Shown here: positions 12,671 through 28,300 of the stretch, in pieces
How the letters are laid out: every line of letters starts with the position of its first letter
Numbering within the stretch: position 1 is the first letter of the stretch
From: Syncephalis fuscata S228
Taxonomy: Eukaryota; Fungi; Zoopagomycota
NCBI GenBank assembly: GCA_025786725.1
Contig: JAHLTZ010000006.1
Location: 310,001 to 374,000 of the forward strand
Direction of reading: 5' to 3'
DNA: 64,000 nt
Notes under the pieces: model-generated
What the model was told of the DNA's origin: nothing
The model's database searches: none
The model's input: only the letters and a program-made list of their open reading frames with translations
Position numbers and translations under genes: made by a program

Positions 12671-14352
12671 CTAATTACATGGTACATGGCATATTATTTA
12701 TGAAAATAGAATAACCGGTGCTCCAAATGCACTAGCATTGGCAGTGTGCTTGAACTGTTAGTTTGATATAATTTAGATATACTGCTGGCAAGAATCAAGA
12801 TCATTTGACAACTAAACTGCCCCGTTCATCTATCTATCAAGTTCCAGCCAATGCTCCGGTTTATTCCATTTTCAATGGATGGATCCATTACATTACCAAC
12901 AAGCTTGCACTTAGTTGCCCTTAGTCAGCTATGCAAACTTTTGGTAATAAACATATGGCTTTATCTTATTTATATATATATATGATTGTGTTACTATATC
13001 TATGTCTATGCTTTATTTACATTCAATGATTATTTAACATCAACCAAGTAAACACATTAAAATATCTTACATGGATATATTGCATTGTTTATTAGCATAT
13101 ACTGCTACAACTATACAGACATTATCATTTCAACGATAATTATAAATACAGACCTATCGCTGTGCGTTTTAATATTATAATCAACTGTATTTATTTATAT
13201 GCTATAAATCGTATCGAAGCAATTGCCACTATGTAACCAGAGCTGTATTATAGCAATACCAGATGCTAACATCTGCAAACTTATAAAATTGAACAATAAG
13301 ATAAAACTGTAGAAACAAAAAAACTTCTATATAACTAACACAAGACCCATCAATAAGCTATCACTTATTCACAAGTAATATGAATCTTATATAATACAAT
13401 TTAAAATAATATAAAATACTGTTTTATTATTTGTTTTGGTTGTGCATATTGTTGTACAACAAATACTGCAACTTTAAACGTAACAGCGCTTATTAAGCAT
13501 CTTACATTTTGCGCATTTATGGCGTTGAAAAAAATGATATCCAGTTTAAGCAATCAACAATAAAGTTTATACACTTGCAGATTATCCATGTTTTCATTCT
13601 TTGGTTCAATATCACACTTTGAATCTCCTAAAACCATTGGCACTCTTTTCATAATAAAAGAGAAATTAAAACGATACTTAGGCAGCTGTTATCCAGATTT
13701 ATAATTCTATGCTGTTACCCAACTGACTCCGCTATTCAAAACTTAATTACATGTTAGAAAATAAGCTAATTACTTATCGTTTAACATAAACATAAAAAAT
13801 AAATTCATTCTTGCCTTTAAATATGTTGCTTATAACAGTACAGAAATGGTTATGAACGAATGAGTTATATTCGATTCATTTGTTTCAAGTGGATGAATTC
13901 GACTAAATAGGTATATTACAGAGCTTATCACACCACTCATTTCCAACGACGAAATAGTTTTTCGCCATTTTCTTTTAGCGCAAAAATGGCATCAATGACA
14001 TTTTGGATGTAATGTTATTGTTTTTTCAGCAATGTAACTTGTAGTTTATTAATTAATATTATTATTTTTATAACATATTTATAGTAAATGTGACGGGTCA
14101 TCATTTCTATTTAACAAAACGTGGGCATGATATCTGGAATGTCAACAATGTTGTTGTGCTATAATATAAACACCGACAAATAAATGTGTAGCAATCATGA
14201 CACTGCAACTAACTATTTTTAATGCAACAAAACATGACACCAAACCAAGCACCTAATATGGTTTTGGCTTTGAGACATAACGTCATTGGTACCAACGTCC
14301 AACCTTGTTCTTTTCACTGATTCCTTCTAAACAACTGTTTATACCAATTGTT

Positions 14353-17754
<3,402 letters not shown>

Positions 17755-17859
17755 AGGTATTACCAATAACATGGTGTATACACAAAGGGATGATGCCAAT
17801 AATAAATTTGTTTTATTTTCATTTGAACAGCTAATAAATTATAATGGGGAATTACTGTA

Positions 17860-18457
17860 CTTTGACTTTCACAATTTCATTTATCCATTTCACTCCTCAA
17901 CACTTTTAGTTACAATCAAACACCCATTCATTACTATAACATGTATAATATTACATCCAACATTAATTAATTCATATGTAATTATCAATACAATAATGTA
18001 ATTAATTAGTTATTTTTATTATTGCGTTAATATATATACATTGTCATTATGATATTAATTGTTCAAAATGCCATTTATTTAGTCAATTGGCTATAGGAAA
18101 AGTGGTTGTTTAATAAACGACTTTTATAATAATTATATTGATATTGACCTTACATCACAAATATACCCAAAATGCAACAGTAGAATATTAGAAAATATAA
18201 AAAACCATTTAGATGCAATAATCCATGTTGTATGTAGATCCAACAACAGCAAATGCGGAATGACATGGAATTACAATTATATGGTTTCTATTAATATTCG
18301 ATCAATCTTTCTATACATGGCCAACAACAACAATAATCGCCTCATGAATAGCAAAGTAGTTAAATGAAAGCATTATAATTATGTTTGTTGTGCAATAGCA
18401 GCATGAGTTCAATTAAAACAAATTTTGCTTTGAGGACTCCAAATATGGGAGTCAAAG
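17860..18457 (+). mobile_element. Non-autonomous TIR element with Fanzor C-terminal relic (copy A)
   Basis: TA|CTTTGACTTTCACAATTT ... AAATATGGGAGTCAAAG|TA. ~18149-18367 translates LTSQIYPKCNSRILE...IHVVCRSNNSKCGMTWNYNYMVSINIRSIFLYMANNNNNR. Confidence 0.8.
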
Positions 18458-18832
18458 TAAAATTCAAGCCATGACATACATCAATTTAAATACAGCTGTT
18501 AAATAAATAACTATTTATATAAATGACGATATCCATACTTGATGGAACAATAGTAACGTTAACGTTAAATGAAACAATTAAGTCATGGTTTAACATTTAA
18601 TAATCTCTCCTTTCTAAATATGGACAACGACGACTTGACCCATCGTCTTTCGCTATAATCTTTCTTGTTCTTGCTCTCTCTCTCTCTCCACTCTCCTACT
18701 GACTTCCTTACTTATTTGGCCGTTTACTGCAGCAGTCTATGCACCATCATTACTTGCTTTTTTTATTAAAACTAACTGTTATTAAATTGCATCTAAATAA
18801 CACCAATTCACACACCTGCGTCGATATTTAGT

Positions 18833-21800
18833 ATGCCATCGTCGAAAACGGGTCGGGCCGCAAGTGGTAGTAGCAGTAGCACTAGTAATGCACGCGCCAC
18901 CAACCTTGCTGCCAATGACCAACACCATCGAGCGTATACATTGCCGGGTCGGGTAAATACACCGTTATCGCAATATCAGCCTGTTCCCATCAACTCTGCT
19001 GGTAGTGCGGTGATTGTGACTAGTCCTGGCGGCAGTGAAGTTGGCGACCAAGAAAGCGGCATAGCTATGCCGGCCGCCACACTACCAAGAAGACAGCAGC
19101 GGGAACGCGCTTCAGTATTTAATATGCCAGGATCGCCGCCCAATGTAGCAACTTCATTTGATACAGAATCAGCAAAAAATTATACTTCTAGTAGTCGCCA
19201 AGATAATACTCAACAACATTCACACCATATTAGCGAAGGGACAACACAGGTAACACAACAACAGCAAGAGGATAGCCGTGTAGAAAAGGCAACCAGAGTA
19301 GCTGGTAGTGGTAGAGAAGCGGATTCGGTACAACATATTGCTGCTACACCTCCCCGCACCGCTTCACCGGTCCCGTCACTATCAAATATGAGTACCAATG
19401 AGGTTCATAGTACGAGTACCAACTCGCTGACCTCAGCTGCAGCTCAAGCAGCCGCAGCTATGCTTACGGCTGTCACCGGGCGTAGTATGTCCGTTAATCT
19501 TCCACCTAGCGGTACAACAAATGGTACTGAGCCCATTTCACGTCCACGATCTCCGTTACAGCATTTCACGCTACCGAAAAAGAAACGGTCAGCAGCACTT
19601 CAATCGGTATCGAAAATAGATGTAACTACTACACCTAACACCGATGATAAAGCGGCTACATCAAATAACCAGGGTGATCGTGAAACTATTGGTAACGATA
19701 ATGAACAAGGCTATAATGCTGCAATGGCCAATGGCGCCTGTACACCGTACTCAGTTGGAAGTAGTATTGATCAAGCTGATGGTACAACGAGTGTGTCACA
19801 TCGACGTAATGGCAGTAATAATGAAAATAGTTTAAAGGCCAATCAGCAGCTAAGTGCTGCCTCTACTATTACAAGTTTACGTAAAAGAAATTTGGACTTT
19901 CATGCCCTATTTCCAACAGTACCAGTTGGTGAAATCCTTGTAGATGGTAAGTAGAAAGAATCTGTTTATTTATAATAGCTAATTTAGTATTTACTGGTGG
20001 ATAGATTATAATTGCGCTATGCAAAAAGAAATATTAGTACAAGGACGGCTTTATATTAGTGAAAGAAACGTATGCTTTTACGCCAACATCTTTGGTTGGG
20101 TCACCAATTTAATTATTCCATTCTCACAGTTATTGGCGGTGGAAAAGCGTAATACGGCGTTTGTTATTCCCAATGCTATTCAACTAGCGTCAACACAAGG
20201 CCGTTTCTTCTTTACGTCATTTCTGTTTCGTGACTCAGCCTATACGAATCTTGTAGATACGTGGAAACGTTGCCGAGCTGCCGAGGAGGCAGTTCACTTA
20301 CTCGCCGACGATGATGCGCCAGAAAATGCACCAAACGAATATGGATCGCCAGAAGATCAACCTACAGCCTCCCCTCCTCCACCGGCTGCTGCGGCCATCT
20401 TACCTCGATTAGTAGAAGGTTACCAAAGTACGTTTATTGATGGTTATGTGACCAACAATGCTAGCCAGGAACAATTAAGCAATGGCCCTGTACAAGGTGT
20501 ATACCAAAACGAAGAAGAGAATGATACACAAGAAGCAGATGAAGATGGACAGCAATGGCGTCGTGGCATTGACAGTGACCGCAATGGACTTGCTGTTATA
20601 ATGGATGGTCAACGAGAAGTACTAAGTGATGGTGGCTACACCGAAACAGAACAAGATGACAATGGTAAGTTGTTATATTAGATAAATTGGCTATTAATAT
20701 CAATTATAATACTAATTGCTATTATTGATTGTTATATTAATTACCACCGTTTTATTAATAGGTCCATCAACGCCATTTTCACGTTGGAGAAAACGTATTG
20801 TTAGTTCACGAAATACAAAGCCTAAAAAGGAAGAACGTGTATCAACACCACTTAGTGCAGACATGGTAGACTTTGACTCGGATGACCATTTGGACGGCTC
20901 TGAAGCAGAACATGGCCATCCAGCACAAGCAGCCCAGCATCGACCTCGTCGTGCACATAGAGGTCATCGTAAAACACACGCCCATAATGAAGGTGCAGGC
21001 GATACAGATACACAGAATAAATCTGCAGCCGAAGCGGATACATTACCAGTATTAGATGCTGATGTTTTATGTGACTGTAGTCAAGATGGCACACATGACA
21101 AGGAACAACAAGCCGTTGATACTATTATTGAAGCGCCATTACCTGTTGTGTTTAAAACACTATTTGGTAATGATATAGCTTATATGGCACGATTTCATAC
21201 AGATGATCAAAAGAATAAAAGTAAGAAACAAGATGATTATATGAAACACGATAGCTAATATTTTATGATTGCTTTACTATTTCATTTGGCAAATAGATGT
21301 TAAATACGGCGAATGGCATGCAGACGAAGACAACCAAGAAGTACGTGACTTATTTTATGAAATACCCATTCGCAATCCTTTAGGTAATTAATTTACAATC
21401 ATAACTATAATTATAACTTATAACAACTATTAGGTCCAAAAATTACACGAGCCAATATTGTAGAACGTTTATTACACAAAGATTTGACAAAGTAAGTGTT
21501 TGTAGGAATGAATAGTAAAGCAAATGATAATTTATACTTTATTATAGTTATGTAACTATATTAAGTAAAGTTAATACGCCCGATGTACCTCAAGGCAGTA
21601 ATTTTCACTCATTGACCCGTGTTTGTATGATGAGATGTGCACAGCCAAATCGCACTCGTATACGCGTCACCTGCAAAGTAGAGTGGCAAAAGAGTACCTG
21701 GCTTAAAGGCCCCATTGAAAAGGGAGTGATGGAGGGAAACCAAGGCTTTTATCGAGCCTTGTTTGAAGATGTAAAACGCTATTTGAAATCACCTCAGCCG

Positions 21801-22664
21801 GCAGTTAATGCAGTGGGTACAGTCGGCCAAGACTTGTATCAACGACGACGACGTGGCTCTCGAGCACATGGTCCTGGCGATCGTAGTCGCAATCTAGCTG
21901 AAGGCGACACTTTATTAGATGCTTCAAAGATTGCTGCCCATAATACATCTACTAGTGGCACTACAGAAGACACTTCGGTGTTTGACGCCTTTTTCGGTTG
22001 GTTTACACCAATTCGTATACTTGGATTGTTTGTTGTTGCACTTTGTATTGCAATTAATATTTGGTGCTGGTATCAATTGACTGGCCCATCGACGCACTTA
22101 CCATCTGGCTCAACCTATTTGCCACCAACAACTCAAAGATATACTCGTAACCAGGAATATGAACAAACTAGCCATCTTGGATATAGCAACGATTATATTG
22201 ATACTGAGAAAAAGCCAATTTCTTCTCAATTTGATGAAACGATGCGTACAGGTGATGCTATGGATCGACTACTTGCCTTTTTATCCAAGTTACGACATAC
22301 TCACGAAACATCGCCAGATTCGCAGCTTTATCTTGCGGAAATGGACGATTTACAGCAACGGCTATTGATGTCCTACAATCGATTCCGTCAATTAGATCTT
22401 CGAGTTATCGAGTTAACGCGCAAGATTGTCGATACAGACCGTGAATTACGCAGACTAATGCACGCAGTCGAAGCGGAACGAGCGGTACTTATGGACGAGA
22501 TGGATCATATTGTTAGTGTCTACAATGTGCCACCAACACCAACAGATCAAACGGCAGCAAGTTCATCGCAAACGACTAGCGAAACAGTATTTGGTGCTGA
22601 AGAGACAACAACCAGCAAAGCAGATACAAGCGTAAGACAGGAGAAAGAAGCACAACACCGATAG
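18833..22664 (+). CDS. GRAM + VASt/StARkin sterol-transfer protein (LAM/GRAMD1 family), multi-exon
   Basis: RNLDFHALF...CAMQKEILVQGRLYISERNVCFYANIFGW (GRAM); TPDVPQGSNF...VEWQKSTWLKGPIEKG (VASt); C-terminal transmembrane segment and coiled coil. Confidence 0.92.
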
Positions 22665-22877
22665 AGCCGCTAGTAGTACGTCTGTAAACGCGGCCATTGA
22701 TACTTCTGTGTAGATAAGAATAATCTATAAATCAGTAGTGCAATTGCTCTGTATAGAGTGAATACGGGGACAAAGAGGCCACTCAGCATATTTGCATTTT
22801 TAATAATAGTATCTTTAATTGTTAAATTAGCAGTACACTCATCAGCTAATAGTAATAAAGTAGTCATAACACAGAAT

Positions 22878-23252
22878 TTACAATTTATTCATTGGTGCCA
22901 GTGATTGAAATATATGATTTAACTTGTAGGTAAGTAATTTGTTGCCTTTGACCCAATGTTTTCCCGCTCGATTAGATGGCGGACCACAGAGACGGCCAGC
23001 CACGACATCTGACCATGTCTTAATTGGTAGATAGATGGTAACATCGGTAGGCCCTACAGCACCTTGTGTGAAATAGCCACCTGCTTTATCATCCTTCAAA
23101 TTAAGCGTATAATAAACTTCGTGGCCACTCGGCAACTGAATACAGAACAGAAAAGAAGCGTTGGTTTGGGCGATGAGCACTTTTCGTCGTGGTGGCTCCA
23201 ATGCATCAAGCCTTATGGCAATATGTTGGGCAATTTGATTAGCTGTCAACAT
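22878..23252 (-). CDS. SCP2 sterol-binding domain protein
   Basis: 124-aa intronless ORF; YTLNLK...G...DVTI...WVKGNKLLTYKL fits the SCP2 pattern. Confidence 0.7.
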   Translation of the reverse strand: MLTANQIAQHIAIRLDALEPPRRKVLIAQTNASFLFCIQLPSGHEVYYTLNLKDDKAGGYFTQGAVGPTDVTIYLPIKTWSDVVAGRLCGPPSNRAGKHWVKGNKLLTYKLNHIFQSLAPMNKL

Positions 23253-25399
23253 ATTAACGATTTAATGACAGCCGTGTTGTTTGGTAAAAAAAACCTGATC
23301 AAAGATGCTGAATAATGATGTGTATAGATACGCCGTGTTAGTTACGTTCGCATCCACATCGAACTATAGGATTACAACAGCAATAGATAGGCCACAATGT
23401 AGAGGAAATAGTTAGCAACGAGTATGAATACAAACAATTATGCATGCTGTATTTATAGTAAGCGGCAACACAATAAATACATTGGGGTAAATTCATTTTT
23501 TCCTTTTACGTTAATGCCCTACATGACTGATAAGATAGACCCACAGTCGTGTAACGTCCAGATGGTTGGGGCAGCCTTGTATGTAAATGATTGCACTGTA
23601 TATGAGAAATTATAACTATGTCTTGGCTATCATAACGATCTTATGGCTACTATTAATCTGAATAATAATAACAATGATAATAAAATACAAGTCTAGTTTA
23701 TGCTAATGTATACCACTTTATTGCTTTATTCAATCAATTAGCAAAATAATTTTATTATTATTCAATGAGCGACAGTGTAACGAAGCACTGAAATAGAGTC
23801 GATGTATTAGTAAGCACATGTTAGATCCACTTTCTAGTCTTTAGCATAATATATCCCGGGTAATTTTGTTTTTGCAATTTTATTATTTTCTTTCAAGGCT
23901 AGGCATTGGACGATTTATTATCGAGGGAGTGTCGGAAACTAAGGTAATCGCACTAATATTTAATTTCCTGCTAATTCACATCAGTTGATCTTATCGTACT
24001 CATAAAAAAGTAATTATTTTTACAGTTGATCAGTCTACTACTAGCTACTATTAAGGTTAATAAACTTTTATTTATCTGCAGCTGCTCAATATAATATATT
24101 GTAGTAATATTTAGGCATACCAATTAGTTGACTATCGCCTTATTGTAAAGACTGATAAGCACGTCATAACATGGCCAGTATTACCGGTGATCCTATTGTT
24201 AAAGGGCATATAATTTTTTATTTTATAGTTGTTTTATAATAAATACTAGATATTATTTATAGCATACCTATATATACCATCCATGACTGGTATCTATTTT
24301 AAGTAACAACATCTATTTAGTATTATAAACGGCATCAGCTATTCACTAATTATGCCCATACCATTGTAATATGGAATATATTGCTGCATTGTATCGTTTA
24401 AAAATTACTACGCATGTAATAATATGTTTTTGTTTATTCATTTCATACGAATCATAAAATGTAGCAAATATAGAATGATTATTACTAAGCTATGCATTTA
24501 ATTATTGCTTAGTATAGTGTTACTATTTAATAAACATTCTATTCGTTTTATAATAGTTATTCTACAATACATTTTATTTGTACTATATAATAACATTGTT
24601 TAAATTACACCATTATACCAAACGTAGAATTTTTAAAGGCATTACTAAAGTCAAGACAGTCTATATACATATCTCATTTTAGTTGGAAAGTACTATTGGG
24701 AATCAGATTGGTGTTATCCATGTTGATAAAGAAGTGGGAAAAGCAAATAATTTGTATTACCATATTTATTATCAACAATACTATTACCGCCACATATTGC
24801 ACTATTAAAATGCAATAAAACATAGTAGAACTAACTTGCTATTATTGTCATTACGTGACAAATTACGAATAATAAATTGCGTATTTTAACATGATGTAGT
24901 AAAAATGAGTCTTGTTAGAAGAAATTGAAAAAGTAAGACACCACATTTGCCTGTACTACTTTCAATTACCTATAATAGCATTGATGTATATAACTCCGCC
25001 ATTTTAAGACCCAGATTAGGAAATATGACTCATGTCTAATCAAGAGCTCTATTCAATGACGCAACATATTGCGGCATGCCACGCAAGTCAGAGTTGTTCA
25101 CTTTGCGCTCGTATTATGTTTATTGTTGACAATTGAAAAAAACACGTACTTTATATAAAACGACTAGACAGATACAACTAATTATTAGCACACATCAACT
25201 CGCTTTGACTCTTTCTCACTATTTGGCTTAATTCTTGCTTGAATATCACAAAGACGGTCTTTTAATTGTTCTAAAAGCACCGCTTTCAGGTCTGAAATTC
25301 AACAATTTCCCAAGAACTAGCTTGATATTCATCCTTGCTTTATTAAACGTTCAGAAACACTAGGCTAAACAACTACTCAATCATTTACTGTATTCAATC

Positions 25400-28300
25400 A
25401 TGCCAGAAGCTAGCTTAAGCTATCCCGATGCAACTATTCGTGCTTTTTTAGAGCAAAATGCCAACAATCCAGCTGAGGCATTAAAAAACGCACTGATCTC
25501 TGAGGCCGGATTTCGCCAACAGTTTGCCCAACAGCCGGATGCCATCGCCTGCGCAATCCGTATGTATCGCTGCTTGATGTTTTTCAGCATCCAGAGCTAT
25601 GGTACCATCAAGAAACAGTTCCAAAGGACGAGCTCGAAAAGACTGGATATGGTGTCGTGATGCCACTGAAAGAAAACGAGCGCCGTAAGCCAGGCGAACT
25701 GGCCATTTGTTCTGAAAAAATGGACCAGTTTCGTCGTAACTGGCGTCTATTTACCGAAAACAGTCTGGAAAATCTTAACTGGAATAACGTATTTGTTGCA
25801 GGTAATTATCAATTAAAGACTGCAGTATCCATTTTTCTAATCAATTGGTACTAGGTGGTGCGGTCAATGCATGTCTGCTGCCAATACCAAAAGAACACTC
25901 GGCAACTTATAGCCAAATACGTCAATATTACCACAGTACAGCATATGGTGGTTCAGATATTGATCTGTTTATCTATGGCTTAGATGAAGAACAAGCGAAA
26001 ATTAAAATGGACGAAATCTATACATCAGTGCGCGATAGGTAGGCTATACAATATTTACTGTATTCAAACAGACCAGTAATAACAATGTCTTTTAGCATTC
26101 CATGGGAGGTGACGTGCATTCGTAGTAAAAATGTCGTTACTCTAGTGTCGCAATATCCATATCGACACATTCAGATCATCCTTCGTCTTTACCGTAGCCC
26201 AGCCGAAGTTTTAATGGGATTTGACGTTGATTGCTGTTCTGTTGGATTTGATGGTAAAAAGGTGTGGGCTTTACCACGCGCTCGAGAGGCGTTTATTCGT
26301 CAGCAGAATAGCGTGGATATGACACGCCGTTCGCCATCTTATGAAGTTCGTTTAGCAAAATATGCAAAGCGTGGGTTTGAGGTATTTATAACTGAATTTA
26401 ATATATTAATAACGAATAAAACTGACATAGTTTACTACAGATTCACGTTCCAGGATTGGACCGCCAACGCATCGATCCTACAATCTATGAACGTGGCTTT
26501 GAGAAATTATACGGACTTGCTCGTTTATTAGTCCTGGAAGAACTGGCCACACCAGAAGTTCGATACACATTTTTGGAAAAACGACGCGAACATCGCAAGC
26601 GACCAGCACATAAAAATGCTGGCAGCTATGCTGCAAAAGATCGCCAAGGTGATTTGAAAGCGCTAGAGGCTGACAATAACGATTATGAAACGGTCCATTT
26701 GCCATATGGTCCAAGATGGCATGCTGGCAATACTGTTAAACAGCTGTACACTAAAGACGTAGTGCTTAATTCACCATGGTATACCAAGAACAAAGGCCGC
26801 AGCATTAAATTCCATCGCCATCCTTGCTTTTTCGGTACTATGGAAGAAGTCATGAATGACTGCTGCGGTTATTGCCCTGATGTTACCAAATTAGCAGAAG
26901 AAGATAAACCACACCAGAACGAACTTGATATTTATGTGCAAGGCACTATCAGCTTTATAAAAGATGATCCTGGACGTCAGGCAATTGGATCATTTCATCC
27001 TATCACTGATGGCGACTGGTCAGCGGAGGCTTACATTAAGCAGCCGTGCAATGATCTTTGTGCCGCAGCATCCAATGGTGATCTGGACACTGTGAAACAG
27101 CTTTTAAACAGCATCCAACCAGCTAAAGCTAATGTCGCCGAATTGGATGGCACAGATCATGTACAAGATGCAATAATGGTATTGGAAGAACCACAAGATA
27201 ATGCAAATACACCGACAGTCGATGTCAACATTCGTGATCACGTTGGCCGAACACCATTGCAATTGGCAGTTCTTGAAGGGCATCGGGATGTAGCAGCATT
27301 TTTGATTGACCAAGGTGCGCGTATTTGTGCACGTGTTGCCGACGGCAGAACCGTTTTACATTTGGCAGCTCAGCAAGGAAATAGTGAGATTATCCGACTA
27401 CTTCTTGCCCGCAGTGAAGAGAATCGCAAAGCAAAGGAAGCGCGTGAATCAGCAGCAATGGAGATATTGTTAGCGATACCGCCAGTGAAGCCAGCTCAAT
27501 TGATATTATTGAGAAACACGAGCTCAGCGACTATCCAGGCAGAATCAACTGGGACCAGGAAGCTGATGGAGAGACGGAGAAATTGGAACCAGAAGAAATT
27601 GATGATGACATTATCGATATTAGTGTGGTCGATTGGGATTTTCAGGTAAAATATTGCATAATTAGCTACCAAATTAAGTAAATGCTAATTTAATTATGTT
27701 TAAATTACATAGCTGACAGCTATGGAACACGCTGTATTTTATGGAAATTTGGATGTTGTTAAAGTACTTATCGATGCTGGCGCAGATCCATGTCGAGTTA
27801 TCAAGTTTAAAGCACGACGATTAATTTACTATCCATTGACTTTAAGCATGGCAATTAAGGATACGGAAACAAGTTTAGAAGTTGCCAAATATCTTATTAG
27901 CAAGGGTGCAAGACCAACACAGGTAAGTTATAAAATAATATATGGCTAAAAACAATACTCATGTTTGATTATATCAGCTGAATCATAACAGCGAATCATA
28001 TTTCATGCAGCAATTAAATATGGCCGTTTCCAATTTATTGAGCTTTTTATAAGTGCGGCTAAGAATCCACTTTCTTTAGTCAATTCCTTGAATGCTCAAT
28101 TTAAATCACCACTGTGTGAAGCTCTTAAGTGGAAAGACAAGATGTAGTCGAATTGTTACTAAAAAATGGTGCAAAGGTAATTATAATTTATAATTGTCAT
28201 ATTTGGTAATGACAATAATACAACAAAAATAGCTAACTGTTCTGTTTACTAGCCACAAATCGATATTGACGACTGTAGAGCATTTCTACGAATCAGTAGC

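Noticed and set aside
18458-18480. In-window target for the putative Fanzor guide
   Set aside because: Only short chance matches seen; the flank is expected to match the empty insertion site.
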